Shown here: positions 20,601 through 31,509 of the stretch, piece by piece | Layout of the letters: every line of letters begins with the position of its first letter | Position numbering within the stretch: position 1 is the first letter of the stretch | Assembly: GCA_040289515.1 (NCBI GenBank) | Contig: PSLI01000002.1 | Coordinates: 1-64,000 of the forward strand | Reading direction: 5' to 3' | From: Candidatus Sysuimicrobiota bacterium | Lineage (GTDB): Bacteria; Sysuimicrobiota; Sysuimicrobiia; Sysuimicrobiales; Sysuimicrobiaceae | Length of the DNA: 64,000 nucleotides | The notes under the pieces: model-generated | Told to the model about the DNA's origin: nothing | The model's database searches: none | What the model saw: the letters and a program-made list of their open reading frames with translations, nothing else | Made by a program: the position numbers and the translations under genes

Positions 20601-21951
20601 ACTCGGGTCGTATCCGGCCTCCGTGGCCCGGGGTTTCCAGGACCTGGCGCGCCGTGCTCGCGCGCTGGCCACTCGGTGGGGCCTGCCTGTGCTGGTGTGG
20701 GCCAGCGGGATGCGGGAGCCTTCCCGGAGCGAGTGGGCCCTGCACGCGCGGGGCTGGGTGTGGCGCAAGCCGTCGGCGGGTGTTTCCGTGTGGGCGGCCG
20801 GATGCGCCTGGGAGGTCCGGCTGCACGGGCCGGCACGCTTCTTGGATGCCGCCTCCGCCTGGGGCCGGCTCGCGGCCGGTGCGGTGGCCGAAGGGCCCGT
20901 GCGGCCGGTCGCCTTCGCGGCTTTCGCCTTCCAGACGGGCAGCACCACAGGGCCGTGGAAGTCGTTCCCGGACGGGCTGCTGACAGTACCCCGGGTACTC
21001 CGGGTGCGGGTGGGCTGGCGCGAGTACCTGGCCTTGGGCTGCGTGGTGGGGCCCGAGGAAGACGGCGAGGTGGAGCACACGCTGCAAGTGGTGGACTCCG
21101 CCCGGGAGGCGCCTGCAGAACTGTCCGGGGAGGCTCGTTTGGTTCGCTGCGCTCCTGAGGAGGACCGCTGGGAGCAGGCGGTCAAGGAAGCGGAGGCGGC
21201 CTGCCGCGCAGGCCACCTGCACAAGGTGGTGGTGGCTCGCTGCGTGGAGGCCGCGGCTTGCGCGTCGGCGGACAGGGTATTGCACCACCTTTCCACCCGC
21301 TACCCCACCTGTACCACGTTCGCCGTCTGCGTGCAGGGGGCGGTGTTCCTGGGCGCAACCCCCGAGACCCTCGTGCGGGTGCGAGGCGGCCACGTGCGGA
21401 CGCAGGCCCTGGCGGGCACCGCACCGCGTGGGCGCGGGGCCGAACAGGACGAGGCCTTCCGGTACCGCCTGCGGTCTAGCCCCAAGGAGGCGCGGGAGCA
21501 CCACCTGGTCCTCACGCACCTGCAGCAGGTCCTGCGCCCTTTGTGTACCACCTTGCGTACGGGCCACCAGACGGTGGTCCGCTTGGCCAACGTGCAGCAT
21601 CTGCGGACGACCCTCACTGGACAGCTCCGGGAGCCCCGCGCCCTCCTGGAGCTGGCAGGGCACCTGCACCCCACCCCGGCCACGGCAGGTATGCCCGTGC
21701 AGGCGGCTCTGGACTGGATCCGTGCCCGCGAGCCGGTGGCCCGGGGCTGGTATGCGGGTGCTGTGGGCTGGGTGGACCCCGCAGGCGGCGAGTTGGCGGT
21801 GGCCCTCCGCTGCGCACTGCTGCGGGACGGGCGGGCTTGGGCGTTTGCGGGCTGTGGGATCGTGGCGGGTTCGGACCCGCAGCGGGAGTGGGAGGAGTCG
21901 CAGCTAAAGCTGCGGCCGGTGATGGAGGCCCTGGGGATGGCCTGGCCGTGA
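20593..21951 (+). CDS. menF: Isochorismate synthase
   Basis: KVVVAR, GATPE, ALAGT, EHHLV, LHPTPA, YAGAVG, AGCGIV. Confidence 0.9.
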   Translation: MPELGSYPASVARGFQDLARRARALATRWGLPVLVWASGMREPSRSEWALHARGWVWRKPSAGVSVWAAGCAWEVRLHGPARFLDAASAWGRLAAGAVAEGPVRPVAFAAFAFQTGSTTGPWKSFPDGLLTVPRVLRVRVGWREYLALGCVVGPEEDGEVEHTLQVVDSAREAPAELSGEARLVRCAPEEDRWEQAVKEAEAACRAGHLHKVVVARCVEAAACASADRVLHHLSTRYPTCTTFAVCVQGAVFLGATPETLVRVRGGHVRTQALAGTAPRGRGAEQDEAFRYRLRSSPKEAREHHLVLTHLQQVLRPLCTTLRTGHQTVVRLANVQHLRTTLTGQLREPRALLELAGHLHPTPATAGMPVQAALDWIRAREPVARGWYAGAVGWVDPAGGELAVALRCALLRDGRAWAFAGCGIVAGSDPQREWEESQLKLRPVMEALGMAWP

Positions 21952-23717
21952 GGGAGCCCGAGAACGCCACGTATGCCTTCTGCGCGGCCCTGATGGACGA
22001 GCTGTGGCGGTGCGGGGTGCAGGAGGTGTGCCTGTGCCCGGGCTCCCGCTCCGCTCCCCTTGCCCTCAGCGCCCTGCGCCACGCCGGCCTGCGCACGTGG
22101 ACGTTGCTGGACGAACGTAGCGCCGGCTACTTCGCCACGGGCATGGCGCGGGCCTCCGGGCGTCCCGTGGCGATGCTGACCACCTCGGGCACCGCGGCCG
22201 CGAACCTGATGCCCGCGGTGGTGGAGGCGTACTACGCGGGGGTGCCCCTCGTGGTGCTGACCGCGGACCGCCCCCCCGAGCGGCGCGATTTCGGGGCGTT
22301 GCAGACCATCAACCAAGTGCGGCTTTTCGGCAGGCACGTAAAGTGGTGCGCGGATCTTCCCCTGCCGGAAGCGGACGAGGCCGCCCTCCGGTTCGCACGC
22401 AGCCTCGCCTGCCGGGCGGTGTTCGAAGCGTGCGCACCCCCGCGCGGGCCGGTGCACCTGAACGTCCCCCTGCGGGAGCCGCTGGTGCCGGTGCACCAGG
22501 CGCGGCCCCGGGTTTGTCCGGAGGCCGAGCAGGGCCGACCTTCGGCCCCGTACACAGCATGGACGGTGGCAGACCCACAGCCCGCGCCACAGCAGCTGGA
22601 CGAGCTCCTGGGACACCTGCGGGAAGCCGACCGGGGCGTGGTGGTGTGCGGACCCCTGGACCGGCCGGACTTCCCGGAAGCGGTCTGTGGGCTGGCCCGT
22701 GTTCTGTCGTACCCCATCCTAGCGGACGCCCTGTCGCAGGTGCGGGCCGGAGCGCACGACCGTTCGGCGGTGGTGTCGGCGCACGAAGCGCTCCTGCGGG
22801 TTGGGTGGGTGGCCTCGGAGCTGAGGCCCGAGGTGGTGCTGCGGTTCGGCGCTACCCCCACGTCCCGCACGCTGCAGGCGTACCTGGCCTCGCACCCGGA
22901 GGCCTTCCAGGTGGTGGTCCACGGGGGTGGGGATTGGCCAGACCCGGACCACACCGCCCACCAGGTGGTCTGGGCGGACCCTGTGGCCTTCTGTCGGTGG
23001 GTGCGTTCCGTGCTAGCACCCCGCGCGCACACGGCCTGGTGGCGGAGTTGGCAACGCCTGGGAGCTGCCGCCGCGGCCGCGCTGGAGCGCTTTCTGGAGT
23101 CTGTGGAGGAACCCTTCGAGGGCCGCGTGTTCTGGGAGCTGGCGCAGCTGCTGCCCGACCCCTGCGTGCTGTTCGTGGGCAACAGCATGCCCGTGCGGGA
23201 CCTGGACGCCTTCTTCCCGTGCAGCGGGCGGCGGGTGCGGATGCTGGCGAACCGGGGCGCGAGCGGCATCGACGGGGTCCCCAGTACCGCCCTGGGCGTG
23301 GCCGCATCCAGCCGGGAACCTGTGGTGCTGGTGGTGGGAGACGTCTCCTTCTACCACGACCTCAACGGCCTGCTGGCGGCGTGGCGGTTTGGCCTGGACC
23401 TGCTGGTGATCCTCCTGCACAACGACGGCGGAGGGATCTTCTCCTTCCTGCCGCAGGCGGAGTACCCCGAGGGGTTCGAGGAGCTGTTCGGTACACCCCA
23501 CGGGCTGGACTTTCGGCCGGCGGTGGAGATGTTCGGCGGACATTACCGCCGGGTGAAGGACTGGCCCGAGTTCCGCCAGGCCGTGCGGGAAGGGTTGCAG
23601 CAGGGCGGCCTGCGGGTGGTGGAAGTCCGCACCGACCGGCGCCGCAACGTGGAGCTGCACCGACAGGCCTGGCAGGCGGTTCGCGAAGCGGCCGAACAAG
23701 CTTGCGAGGGGAGGTGA
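21948..23717 (+). CDS. menD: SEPHCHC synthase
   Basis: [43 protein letters not shown]. Confidence 0.96.
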   Translation: MREPENATYAFCAALMDELWRCGVQEVCLCPGSRSAPLALSALRHAGLRTWTLLDERSAGYFATGMARASGRPVAMLTTSGTAAANLMPAVVEAYYAGVPLVVLTADRPPERRDFGALQTINQVRLFGRHVKWCADLPLPEADEAALRFARSLACRAVFEACAPPRGPVHLNVPLREPLVPVHQARPRVCPEAEQGRPSAPYTAWTVADPQPAPQQLDELLGHLREADRGVVVCGPLDRPDFPEAVCGLARVLSYPILADALSQVRAGAHDRSAVVSAHEALLRVGWVASELRPEVVLRFGATPTSRTLQAYLASHPEAFQVVVHGGGDWPDPDHTAHQVVWADPVAFCRWVRSVLAPRAHTAWWRSWQRLGAAAAAALERFLESVEEPFEGRVFWELAQLLPDPCVLFVGNSMPVRDLDAFFPCSGRRVRMLANRGASGIDGVPSTALGVAASSREPVVLVVGDVSFYHDLNGLLAAWRFGLDLLVILLHNDGGGIFSFLPQAEYPEGFEELFGTPHGLDFRPAVEMFGGHYRRVKDWPEFRQAVREGLQQGGLRVVEVRTDRRRNVELHRQAWQAVREAAEQACEGR

Positions 23718-23721
23718 CAGC

Positions 23722-24552
23722 ATGCACATCGTGTGGCGCCGCGTGGGGGACTACACGGACATCCTGTACGAGCACGGGGCGGAGGACGCGGCGGGCATCG
23801 CCAAGATCACCATCAACCGGCCGGAGGTGCGTAACGCTTTCCGGCCTGAGACGGTCATGGAGATGATCGACGCCTTCAGCCACGCCCGGGACGACGCCTC
23901 CATCGGGGTGGTGCTGCTCACCGGGGCAGGCGGAGAGGCCTTCTGCTCGGGCGGAGACCAGCGGGTGCGGGGGCACGGAGGCTACGTGGGGCAGGATCGC
24001 ATCCCGCGGCTCAATGTGCTGGACCTCCAGCGGCTCATCCGGGTGATCCCCAAGCCCGTCATCGCCTTGGTGGCGGGCTACGCCATCGGCGGCGGGAACG
24101 TGCTGGCGACCGTGTGCGACCTCACCCTCGCGGCGGAGAACGCCATCTTCGGCCAGACAGGCCCCCGCGTCGGCAGCTTCGACGCGGGGTACGGGTCCAC
24201 GTACCTCGCCCGCATCGTGGGGCACAAGAAGGCCCGGGAGATCTGGTACTTGTGCCGGCAGTACACGGCCCAGCAGGCCCTGGAGATGGGGCTGGTGAAC
24301 GCGGTGGTCCCCCTGGAGCGGCTGGAGGAGGAGGGCGTGCGCTGGGCCCGGGAGATCCTGGAGAAAAGCCCCCTGGCCATCCGGCTGCTGAAGGCGGCCT
24401 TCAACGCGGACACGGACGGGCTGGCGGGGCTCCAGCAGCTGGGAGGGGATGCCACCCTGCTGTACTACCTCACGGACGAGGCGAAGGAGGGCCGGGATGC
24501 GTTCTTGGAGAAGCGCAAGCCCGACTTCTCCAAGTTCCCCCGCTTCCCATAA
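23722..24552 (+). CDS. menB: 1,4-dihydroxy-2-naphthoyl-CoA synthase
   Basis: [33 protein letters not shown]. Confidence 0.98.
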   Translation: MHIVWRRVGDYTDILYEHGAEDAAGIAKITINRPEVRNAFRPETVMEMIDAFSHARDDASIGVVLLTGAGGEAFCSGGDQRVRGHGGYVGQDRIPRLNVLDLQRLIRVIPKPVIALVAGYAIGGGNVLATVCDLTLAAENAIFGQTGPRVGSFDAGYGSTYLARIVGHKKAREIWYLCRQYTAQQALEMGLVNAVVPLERLEEEGVRWAREILEKSPLAIRLLKAAFNADTDGLAGLQQLGGDATLLYYLTDEAKEGRDAFLEKRKPDFSKFPRFP

Positions 24553-25426
24553 GGCGCCGAGCGGGTGGCGGGTGTGGTGGCTGGCTGCCCGGCCCGCCAC
24601 CCTGCCCGCGGCCGTGAGCCCCGTGGTAGTGGGAAGCGCCACCGCGGCCAGCTCGGGCAGCTTTCACCCGCAGGCGGCATTTGCCTCCCTCCTGGTGGCC
24701 CTGCTGGTGCAGGTGGGGACCAACCTGGCCAACGACGCCCACGACTACCTGCACGGTGTGGACCGCCTCTCTCGCAAGGGCCCCCTGCGGGTGACCGCCA
24801 CAGGGCTGCTGGCACCCCAACAGGTGCTGCGGGGTGCGGCTGTGGCCTTCGCCGGAGCCTGCTTGGCGGGGCTCTACCTGGTCTGGCTAAGAGGCTGGCT
24901 GCTGGGGCTGGTGGGGCTCAGCTGCATAGCTGCGGGCCTCGCGTACACCGCCGGTCCCCGGTTCGGGTATCGCGGTCTCGGGGACGTGTTCGTCTTCGTG
25001 TTCTTTGGGCTGGTGGCGGTGGTGGGTACCGACTACGTGCAGACCGGCTCGCTGCGTTCCCAGGCGGTGTGGGCGGCCGTGCCCGTGGGGTGTACGTGCA
25101 CCTCCATCCTGGTCGTTAACAACCTGCGGGACATCCCCACGGACCGGGCCGCCGGCAAGCGCACGCTAGCGGTGCGGTTGGGCCCCTTGGGCACCCGCAT
25201 GGAGTACACCCTGTGTTGGGTGGTGGCCTTGGTGTGGCCCTTGCTGTCGCGGCCGTACCTAGCTCAGGCCTTCTGGCTGCCGTGGCTGGTGGCCCCGCTG
25301 GTCGCCCACGTGGTCACACAGATATGGAGCACGGGCGAGGCAGCCGCCCTGAACCGCGCCCTGCGTGACACCGCGCGGCTGCACCTCGCCTACGGCCTGC
25401 TCCTGGCCGGTGCACACCTGGCATGA
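24497..25426 (+). CDS. menA: DHNA prenyltransferase (start 24497 or 24572)
   Basis: [24 protein letters not shown]...GKRTLAV. Confidence 0.93.
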   Translation: MRSWRSASPTSPSSPASHKAPSGWRVWWLAARPATLPAAVSPVVVGSATAASSGSFHPQAAFASLLVALLVQVGTNLANDAHDYLHGVDRLSRKGPLRVTATGLLAPQQVLRGAAVAFAGACLAGLYLVWLRGWLLGLVGLSCIAAGLAYTAGPRFGYRGLGDVFVFVFFGLVAVVGTDYVQTGSLRSQAVWAAVPVGCTCTSILVVNNLRDIPTDRAAGKRTLAVRLGPLGTRMEYTLCWVVALVWPLLSRPYLAQAFWLPWLVAPLVAHVVTQIWSTGEAAALNRALRDTARLHLAYGLLLAGAHLA

Positions 25427-26907
25427 CGATCCCGGACCCCCTGGCATACTGGGCCCGGAGTGAGCCCCACCGGCCGGCCCTCCGCAACTTTCGGGAGGCG
25501 CTCACCTACGGGGAGCTGGAACGGCGGGTGCAGGCCGCCGCGCGGAGGCTCGCGGGCCTGGGGGTAAAACGGGGCGCGCGGGTGGCCCTGCTGCTGCGCA
25601 ACGGGCTGCCCTTCGTGGTCGTGGTCCACGCCCTGGCCAGGCTCAAAGCCGTGTGCGTGCCCTTGAACGTGCGTCTCGCGCCGCCTGAGCTGCGCTGGCA
25701 GCTGGTGCACTGCGACCCGTATCTGGTGGTGGTGGACCCGCAGCTGGCGGACCGGGCTGAGCAGGCAGGGTGGAGTCGCACCGTGTGCGTAGATCCGGAT
25801 CACCCGGAGCTTTTGCCGGAGGCGCGGCCGGAGCAGGTGCGCCCCACAGATCGTCACCCGGCGGGGGCGGTGCAGGGCATCCTGTACACCTCCGCCACCA
25901 CGGGGCACCCCAAGGGCGCGCAGCTCACCTTCGGGAACCACTTCTGGAGCGCGCTGGCCAACAACCTGCACCTGGGCTGCGGCCCAGAGGGCACCTGGCT
26001 CGTCGTGCTGCCCCTGTACCACGTAGGGGGGCTGGCGGTGCTGTGGAGGGCGGCGCTCGCAGGGGCGCAGGTGGTGCTGCACGAGCAGTTCGACCCGGAT
26101 GCTTTCCTGCGCGAGCTGGATGGTGGTGTGGCGTACACCTCTCTGGTGCCCACCCTGCTGGAGCGGATTCTGCAGGCACGGGCAGGCCGGCCGGCCCCGT
26201 CCACCCTGCGGGCGGTGCTGGTGGGAGGGGGGCCAGTGCGCGCCGAGCTGGTGGAGCGGGCCGCGCGGGCGGGCTGGCCCATCGCACCCACCTACGGCCT
26301 GACGGAGGCCACCTCGCAGGTAGCCACCCTCCACCCGAGCCTGGCCCTGCAACGGCCCGGCTGCGCGGGCCGTCCCCTCCTGGGAGTACAGGTACGCGCG
26401 GGTCGTTCTGCGGACAACCCGGAGGAGATCCGGGTGCGCGGGCCCACGGTCATGAAGGGCTACTTTCGCAGGCCGGACGCCACCTCCCAGGCCCTGCGGG
26501 GCGGCTGGCTGCACACGGGCGACGTGGGCTACCTGGACGAGGACGGCTTCCTGCACGTGGTGGACCGGCGGGAGGACCTCATCGTGACGGGAGGGGAGAA
26601 CGTGTACCCCGCGGAGGTGGAGGCGGTGTTGAAGGCCCACCCTGGGGTGGAGGAGGCGGCCGTGGTGGGGGTGCCCGACCCGTACTGGGGTCAGCAGGTG
26701 GTGGCGTTTGTGCAGCTGAGGGCAAAAGGGGGGTTGGACCCACAGGACCTCGTGGCCTTCTGCCGGGAGCATCTGGCGGGCTTCAAGGTGCCCCGGAGGG
26801 TGTGGGTGGTGGAGGACCTTCCCCGCGCCGGCCTGGACAAGCTCCGCCGCGGGCAGCTTCGAGAGCGTGCGGCCCGGCTGCTGGCCGCCGAAACCATCTC
26901 CGGTTGA
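25423..26907 (+). CDS. menE: o-succinylbenzoate-CoA ligase
   Basis: YTSATTGHPKG, TYGLTE, TGDVG, GGENVYP; men operon context. Confidence 0.9.
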   Translation: MTIPDPLAYWARSEPHRPALRNFREALTYGELERRVQAAARRLAGLGVKRGARVALLLRNGLPFVVVVHALARLKAVCVPLNVRLAPPELRWQLVHCDPYLVVVDPQLADRAEQAGWSRTVCVDPDHPELLPEARPEQVRPTDRHPAGAVQGILYTSATTGHPKGAQLTFGNHFWSALANNLHLGCGPEGTWLVVLPLYHVGGLAVLWRAALAGAQVVLHEQFDPDAFLRELDGGVAYTSLVPTLLERILQARAGRPAPSTLRAVLVGGGPVRAELVERAARAGWPIAPTYGLTEATSQVATLHPSLALQRPGCAGRPLLGVQVRAGRSADNPEEIRVRGPTVMKGYFRRPDATSQALRGGWLHTGDVGYLDEDGFLHVVDRREDLIVTGGENVYPAEVEAVLKAHPGVEEAAVVGVPDPYWGQQVVAFVQLRAKGGLDPQDLVAFCREHLAGFKVPRRVWVVEDLPRAGLDKLRRGQLRERAARLLAAETISG

Positions 26908-26964
26908 CCGTGGTAAACTGACCCCGTACCTCCTGCCGAAAACTTCCCGAAAGGAGCGTTGCCC

Positions 26965-27408
26965 ATGCCGGAGATCACGAGGACCGCTAGCGCCACGTGG
27001 ACGGGAGACCTGCGCACGGGGACCGGGTGGGTGAGCACCCCCAGCGGGGTGCTGCGCGAGACCCTGGTCACCTTCCCCTCCCGGTTTGAGTCCGCACCGG
27101 GCAGCAACCCCGAGGAGCTCATCGCGGCTGCCCACGCGACCTGCTTCAGCATGGCCCTTGCCGGCCGCCTCTCCCGGGAGGGGAACCCGCCGGAGCGCAT
27201 CGAGACCCGCGCCACCCTCACCCTCCAGATGGGCGAGGCGGGGGCCCGCATAACGCGGATCCACCTGCAGACGCAGGCCAGGGTACCGGGGATCGACGAG
27301 GCGAAGTTCCTGGAGCTGGCCGAGGCTGCCAAGGACGGCTGTCCGGTCTCCCAGCTGCTGAAGCCTGGGCTGGAGGCTCTTACGCTGGAAGCGCGCCTGC
27401 TGCCTTAG
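26965..27408 (+). CDS. osmC: OsmC family peroxiredoxin
   Basis: NPEELIAAAHATCFSMAL and CPVS. Confidence 0.93.
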   Translation: MPEITRTASATWTGDLRTGTGWVSTPSGVLRETLVTFPSRFESAPGSNPEELIAAAHATCFSMALAGRLSREGNPPERIETRATLTLQMGEAGARITRIHLQTQARVPGIDEAKFLELAEAAKDGCPVSQLLKPGLEALTLEARLLP

Positions 27409-27419
27409 ACAGTCGGCGT

Positions 27420-27480
27420 TTGACCGCTGCGGTGGGTAAGCGTACAATGGGGTTGGTTGTTGAGTGAATCAGTCAACAAT
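27420..27480 (+). promoter_or_regulatory. suf promoter with Rrf2/IscR-like palindromic operator
   Basis: TTGACC-17 nt-TACAAT (27420-48); TTGTTGAGTGAATCAGTCAACAA near-palindrome (27457-79). Confidence 0.75.
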
Positions 27481-27506
27481 TTAGGCCGTCCGAAACCGGA
27501 GGGACT

Positions 27507-28355
27507 ATGCACGACCGCACGCCGGACCTGCTGATCCGCAACCTGCGGGCCAAGGTGGAGGAGCTGGACCGGGAGATCCTTAAGGGGGTTAACCTGGAGG
27601 TCCGCAAGGGGGAAATCCACGCCATCATGGGGCCCAACGGCTCCGGGAAGTCCACCCTGGCCAACGTGCTCATGGGCAACCCCTTCTACGTGATCACGGG
27701 CGGCGAGGTGCTGTACAAGGGCCGGGATCTGTTGGCGATGAGCCCCGACGAGCGGGCCCGGGAGGGGTTGTTTATCGCCTTCCAGTACCCCGTGGCCATC
27801 CCCGGGGTCAACTTCGCCTCCTTCCTCCGCACGGCCCTGTCGGCCCGGCGCGGCTACCAGAACGAGCTCATCCCCGTGCCGGAGTTCCAGCGGATCCTGC
27901 GGGAGAAGCTGGACCTGTTGAAGCTGGACCCCAGCATCGTGACCCGCTACGTGAACGAGGGGTTCAGCGGCGGCGAGAAGAAGCGGGCGGAGATTCTCCA
28001 GATGGCGGTCCTGGAGCCGGAGATGGCCATCCTGGACGAGACGGACTCGGGCTTGGACATCGACGCGGTGAGGGTGGTGGCGGAGAACGTGAACCGGCTG
28101 TTCGAGCAGGCCGCAGGGAATTTGGGGATCGTACTCATCACCCACTACTCCCGCATCCTGCACTACATCCGCCCCCACCACGTGCACGTGATGCTGGACG
28201 GCCGCATCGTCATCTCCGGTGGGCCGGAGCTGGCGGATGAACTGGAGCAGACGGGCTACGAGGGGCTGCAGGCCCAGTTCGCGGAAGTGGCCGCGGCCAC
28301 GCCGGGGGACCAGCCGGTGCGGCGCGCGGGCAAGGTGTTCTGGGTGGCACACTGA
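27507..28355 (+). CDS. sufC: Fe-S assembly ATPase SufC
   Basis: [27 protein letters not shown]. Confidence 0.97.
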   Translation: MHDRTPDLLIRNLRAKVEELDREILKGVNLEVRKGEIHAIMGPNGSGKSTLANVLMGNPFYVITGGEVLYKGRDLLAMSPDERAREGLFIAFQYPVAIPGVNFASFLRTALSARRGYQNELIPVPEFQRILREKLDLLKLDPSIVTRYVNEGFSGGEKKRAEILQMAVLEPEMAILDETDSGLDIDAVRVVAENVNRLFEQAAGNLGIVLITHYSRILHYIRPHHVHVMLDGRIVISGGPELADELEQTGYEGLQAQFAEVAAATPGDQPVRRAGKVFWVAH

Positions 28356-28366
28356 GGAGGTGGACC

Positions 28367-29770
28367 ATGGCCACGAACCCCCTGGGCATCGACCTGGACG
28401 CGTACCAGTGGGGCTTCCGGATGCCCGAACACTACGTGTTCAAGTCCCGGAAGGGCTTGAGCCGGGAGGTGGTGGAGGAGATCTCGTACCTGAAGGGCGA
28501 GCCGGATTGGATGCGGGCCTTCCGGCTGCACAGCCTGGAGGTGTTCTGGAAGAAGCCCATGCCCACCTGGGGTCCGGGCCTGTCCGATCTGGACTTCGAT
28601 GACATTTACTACTACATCAAGCCCACGGAGCGCCAGGTCCGCAGCTGGGACGAGCTGCCCCAGGAGATCAAGGAGACCTACGAGCGGCTGGGGATCCCGG
28701 AGGCGGAGCGGAAGTTCCTGGCGGGGGTAGGGGCCCAGTACGAGTCCGAGGTGGTCTACCACAGCCTGAAGGAGGAGTGGGAGAAGCTGGGGGTCATCTT
28801 CGTGGACACCGACACCGCGGTCCGGCAATACCCGGATTTGGTCCGGGAGTACTTCGGCACCGTGGTGCCCCCCGAGGACAATAAGTTCGCAGCCCTCAAC
28901 TCCGCCGTGTGGTCCGGCGGCTCCTTCATCTACGTGCCCGCGGGGGTCCAGGTGGAGGTTCCCCTGCAGGCGTACTTCCGCATCAACGCGGAGAACGTGG
29001 GGCAGTTCGAGCGGACCCTCATCATCGTGGAGCCGGGTGGCTACGTGCACTACGTGGAGGGCTGCACCGCGCCCATCTACACCACCGACTCCCTGCACAG
29101 CGCGGTGGTGGAGATCATCGTGAAGGAGGGCGCCCGCTGCCGGTACACCACCATCCAGAACTGGTCCAAGAACGTGTACAACCTGGTCACCAAGCGCGCC
29201 GTGGCCTACCAGGACGCCACCATGGAGTGGATCGACGGGAATCTCGGCTCCAAGATCACGATGAAGTACCCGTCCGTGTACCTGGTGGAGCCTGGGGCCA
29301 AGGCGGAAATCCTGTCCGTGGCCTTCGCGGGCGCGGGCCAGCACCAGGACCCCGGCGGCAAGGTGATCCACGCCGCCCCCTACACCCAGTCCTCCATCGT
29401 GAGCAAGTCCATCAGCAAGGACGGAGGTCGCGCGGGCTACCGGGGGCTGGTGAAGGTGTACAAGGGCGCCAAGGGGAGCAAGTGCGCGGTCCGGTGCGAC
29501 GCCCTGATCCTGGATGACCGGTCGCGCTCCGACACCTACCCCACCATGGAGATCGACGAGGAGGACGTGCAGATCACCCACGAGGCCACGGTGTCCAAGG
29601 TGAGCGACGAGCAGCTGTTTTACCTCATGAGCCGCGGCATCCGGGAGGACGAGGCGATGAACATGATCGTGCGGGGCTTCATCGAGCCCATCGCCAAGGA
29701 GCTACCCCTGGAGTACGCGGTGGAGCTGAACCGGCTCATCGCCCTGGAGATGGAAGGCTCCGTGGGCTAG
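28367..29770 (+). CDS. sufB: Fe-S assembly protein SufB
   Basis: AQYESE, GQFERTL, EGCTAP, HEATVSK, MEGSVG. Confidence 0.97.
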   Translation: MATNPLGIDLDAYQWGFRMPEHYVFKSRKGLSREVVEEISYLKGEPDWMRAFRLHSLEVFWKKPMPTWGPGLSDLDFDDIYYYIKPTERQVRSWDELPQEIKETYERLGIPEAERKFLAGVGAQYESEVVYHSLKEEWEKLGVIFVDTDTAVRQYPDLVREYFGTVVPPEDNKFAALNSAVWSGGSFIYVPAGVQVEVPLQAYFRINAENVGQFERTLIIVEPGGYVHYVEGCTAPIYTTDSLHSAVVEIIVKEGARCRYTTIQNWSKNVYNLVTKRAVAYQDATMEWIDGNLGSKITMKYPSVYLVEPGAKAEILSVAFAGAGQHQDPGGKVIHAAPYTQSSIVSKSISKDGGRAGYRGLVKVYKGAKGSKCAVRCDALILDDRSRSDTYPTMEIDEEDVQITHEATVSKVSDEQLFYLMSRGIREDEAMNMIVRGFIEPIAKELPLEYAVELNRLIALEMEGSVG

Positions 29771-29795
29771 CCCGCCCAGCAGACGGGAGGACGCG

Positions 29796-31145
29796 GTGGT
29801 GGTACGGGAAGGCTTGAACGAGGCGGCTGTGCGCCGGCTGGCAGAGCTGTGGCAGGAGCCCGAGTGGCTTCAGGACCGGCGCTGGCAGGCTTGGGAGCTG
29901 TTTCGGTCCCTGCCCCTGCCGCCCAGTACCCACGAAGCGTGGCGGCGGACGCCTCCGGAGCGCCTCGCGTGGGACGGCCTCAGCCCCGTGCTGCAAGAGC
30001 AAGGCAGTGCGGAAGCCTGGCGGGCTGCGGAGGGCCTGCGAGGGGAGGAGCCGATCCTGGTGATGCACAACGGGGCCGCCGCAGGCTCCGCGGGCCTGGA
30101 AGCTCTGCACCGCGCGGGGGTGGTCTTCTGCGACCTGCGCACCGCGGTCCGGGAGCACGCGGACCTGGTGGAACCATACCTGTTCCGGGCGGGCCTGCGC
30201 GCGGAGGAGAGCGCCTTCACCGCCCAGCACGTGGCCTTCGCCACCGGGGGTGTTTTCCTGTACGTGCCTGAGGGGGTGGAGCTGGACCAGCCCCTGGTGG
30301 TCGCGGAGTGGGTGGACGGGGAGGCTCTGGTCGCCCCGCACACCCTGGTGGTGCTGCGGCCCCACAGCCGCGCTACCCTGGTGCAGCGGCGCACGGGTCG
30401 GGCGCGGGGCCTCGTGAACCTGGGCGCGGAGCTGGTGGTGGGCGAGGGCGCGCAGCTGCACTCCGTGCAGCTGCAGGACCTGCCCCAACCCGCGCGGGAG
30501 TTCGGTGTGGTGCGGACCCGGGTGGGCCGGGACGCCACGGCCCGCAGCCTGGTGGCTTCCTTCGGCGCGTCCGTGGAGAAGCTGTTCGTGGAGTCCCTGC
30601 TGGATGCCCCCGGGGGGTCTTCGGAGATGCTGGGTGTGTTCTTTGCGGACGACGCCCAGCACTACGACGTGCACACCCTGCAGGAGCACCAGGCGCCGCA
30701 CACCGCCAGCGACCTGCTGTACAAGGTGGCCCTGTTGGGGTCTGCGCGGTCGGTGTTCGCGGGGCTCATTCGGGTGCACCAGGGAGCCCAGAAGACCAAC
30801 GCGTTCCAGTCGAACCGCAACCTGCTGCTGTCTGCGGATGCCCGTGCGGACAGCAAGCCGGAGCTGGAGATCATGGCCAACGACCTGCGGTGCACCCACG
30901 GATCCGCGGTCAGCCGGCTGGAAGAGCAGCACCTGTTTTACCTGCAGGCCCGGGGCCTCACGCGGCAGCAGGCGGTCCACATGATCGTGGAGGGGTTCTT
31001 CGGGGAGGTGCTGGACCGGCTGCCCGTGGAGCGGGTACGGCTGTGGCTGGAGCAGAAGGTGGCGGAGAAGATGGGATCGCAGGCGCCCCTGGGCCGGGTG
31101 ACGGCCCTGCGGGGCCTGCTGGAGGAGGTGGCGCAGGGCCGGTGA
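29796..31145 (+). CDS. sufD: Fe-S assembly protein SufD
   Basis: EAWRRT, KPELEI, CTHG, LFYLQARG. Confidence 0.92.
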   Translation: MVVREGLNEAAVRRLAELWQEPEWLQDRRWQAWELFRSLPLPPSTHEAWRRTPPERLAWDGLSPVLQEQGSAEAWRAAEGLRGEEPILVMHNGAAAGSAGLEALHRAGVVFCDLRTAVREHADLVEPYLFRAGLRAEESAFTAQHVAFATGGVFLYVPEGVELDQPLVVAEWVDGEALVAPHTLVVLRPHSRATLVQRRTGRARGLVNLGAELVVGEGAQLHSVQLQDLPQPAREFGVVRTRVGRDATARSLVASFGASVEKLFVESLLDAPGGSSEMLGVFFADDAQHYDVHTLQEHQAPHTASDLLYKVALLGSARSVFAGLIRVHQGAQKTNAFQSNRNLLLSADARADSKPELEIMANDLRCTHGSAVSRLEEQHLFYLQARGLTRQQAVHMIVEGFFGEVLDRLPVERVRLWLEQKVAEKMGSQAPLGRVTALRGLLEEVAQGR

Positions 31146-31489
31146 GCGGGTTCTTAGCGGTGGCCCGGGTGGAGGACATCCCCGACCGGCGCGGCAAGGC
31201 GTTCGAGGTGGCGGGGCGGCGCATCGCGGTGTTTAACCTGGGAGGGCACTTCTACGCCATCGATGACACCTGCACCCACGAGGAGGCCTCCCTGTCCGCG
31301 GGGCCGGTGATGGGGGAGATGGCCGTCTGCCCCCGCCACGGCTCCCGGTTCCACATCCCCACGGGGCAGGTCCGGTCGCTGCCCGCGGTGCGCAACGTGG
31401 CCACGTACGCGGTAAAGGTGGAGGACGGCTTGGTGTACGTGGACCCCACGCCCCGCGTGCACGCGGGCCGCATCCACGGCGGGGCCTGA
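31142..31489 (+). CDS. Rieske [2Fe-2S] ferredoxin
   Basis: CTH...CPRHGSRF motifs; inside suf operon. Confidence 0.9.
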   Translation: MSGFLAVARVEDIPDRRGKAFEVAGRRIAVFNLGGHFYAIDDTCTHEEASLSAGPVMGEMAVCPRHGSRFHIPTGQVRSLPAVRNVATYAVKVEDGLVYVDPTPRVHAGRIHGGA

Positions 31490-31509
31490 AGGACGGCGAG
31501 GAGGGGACG

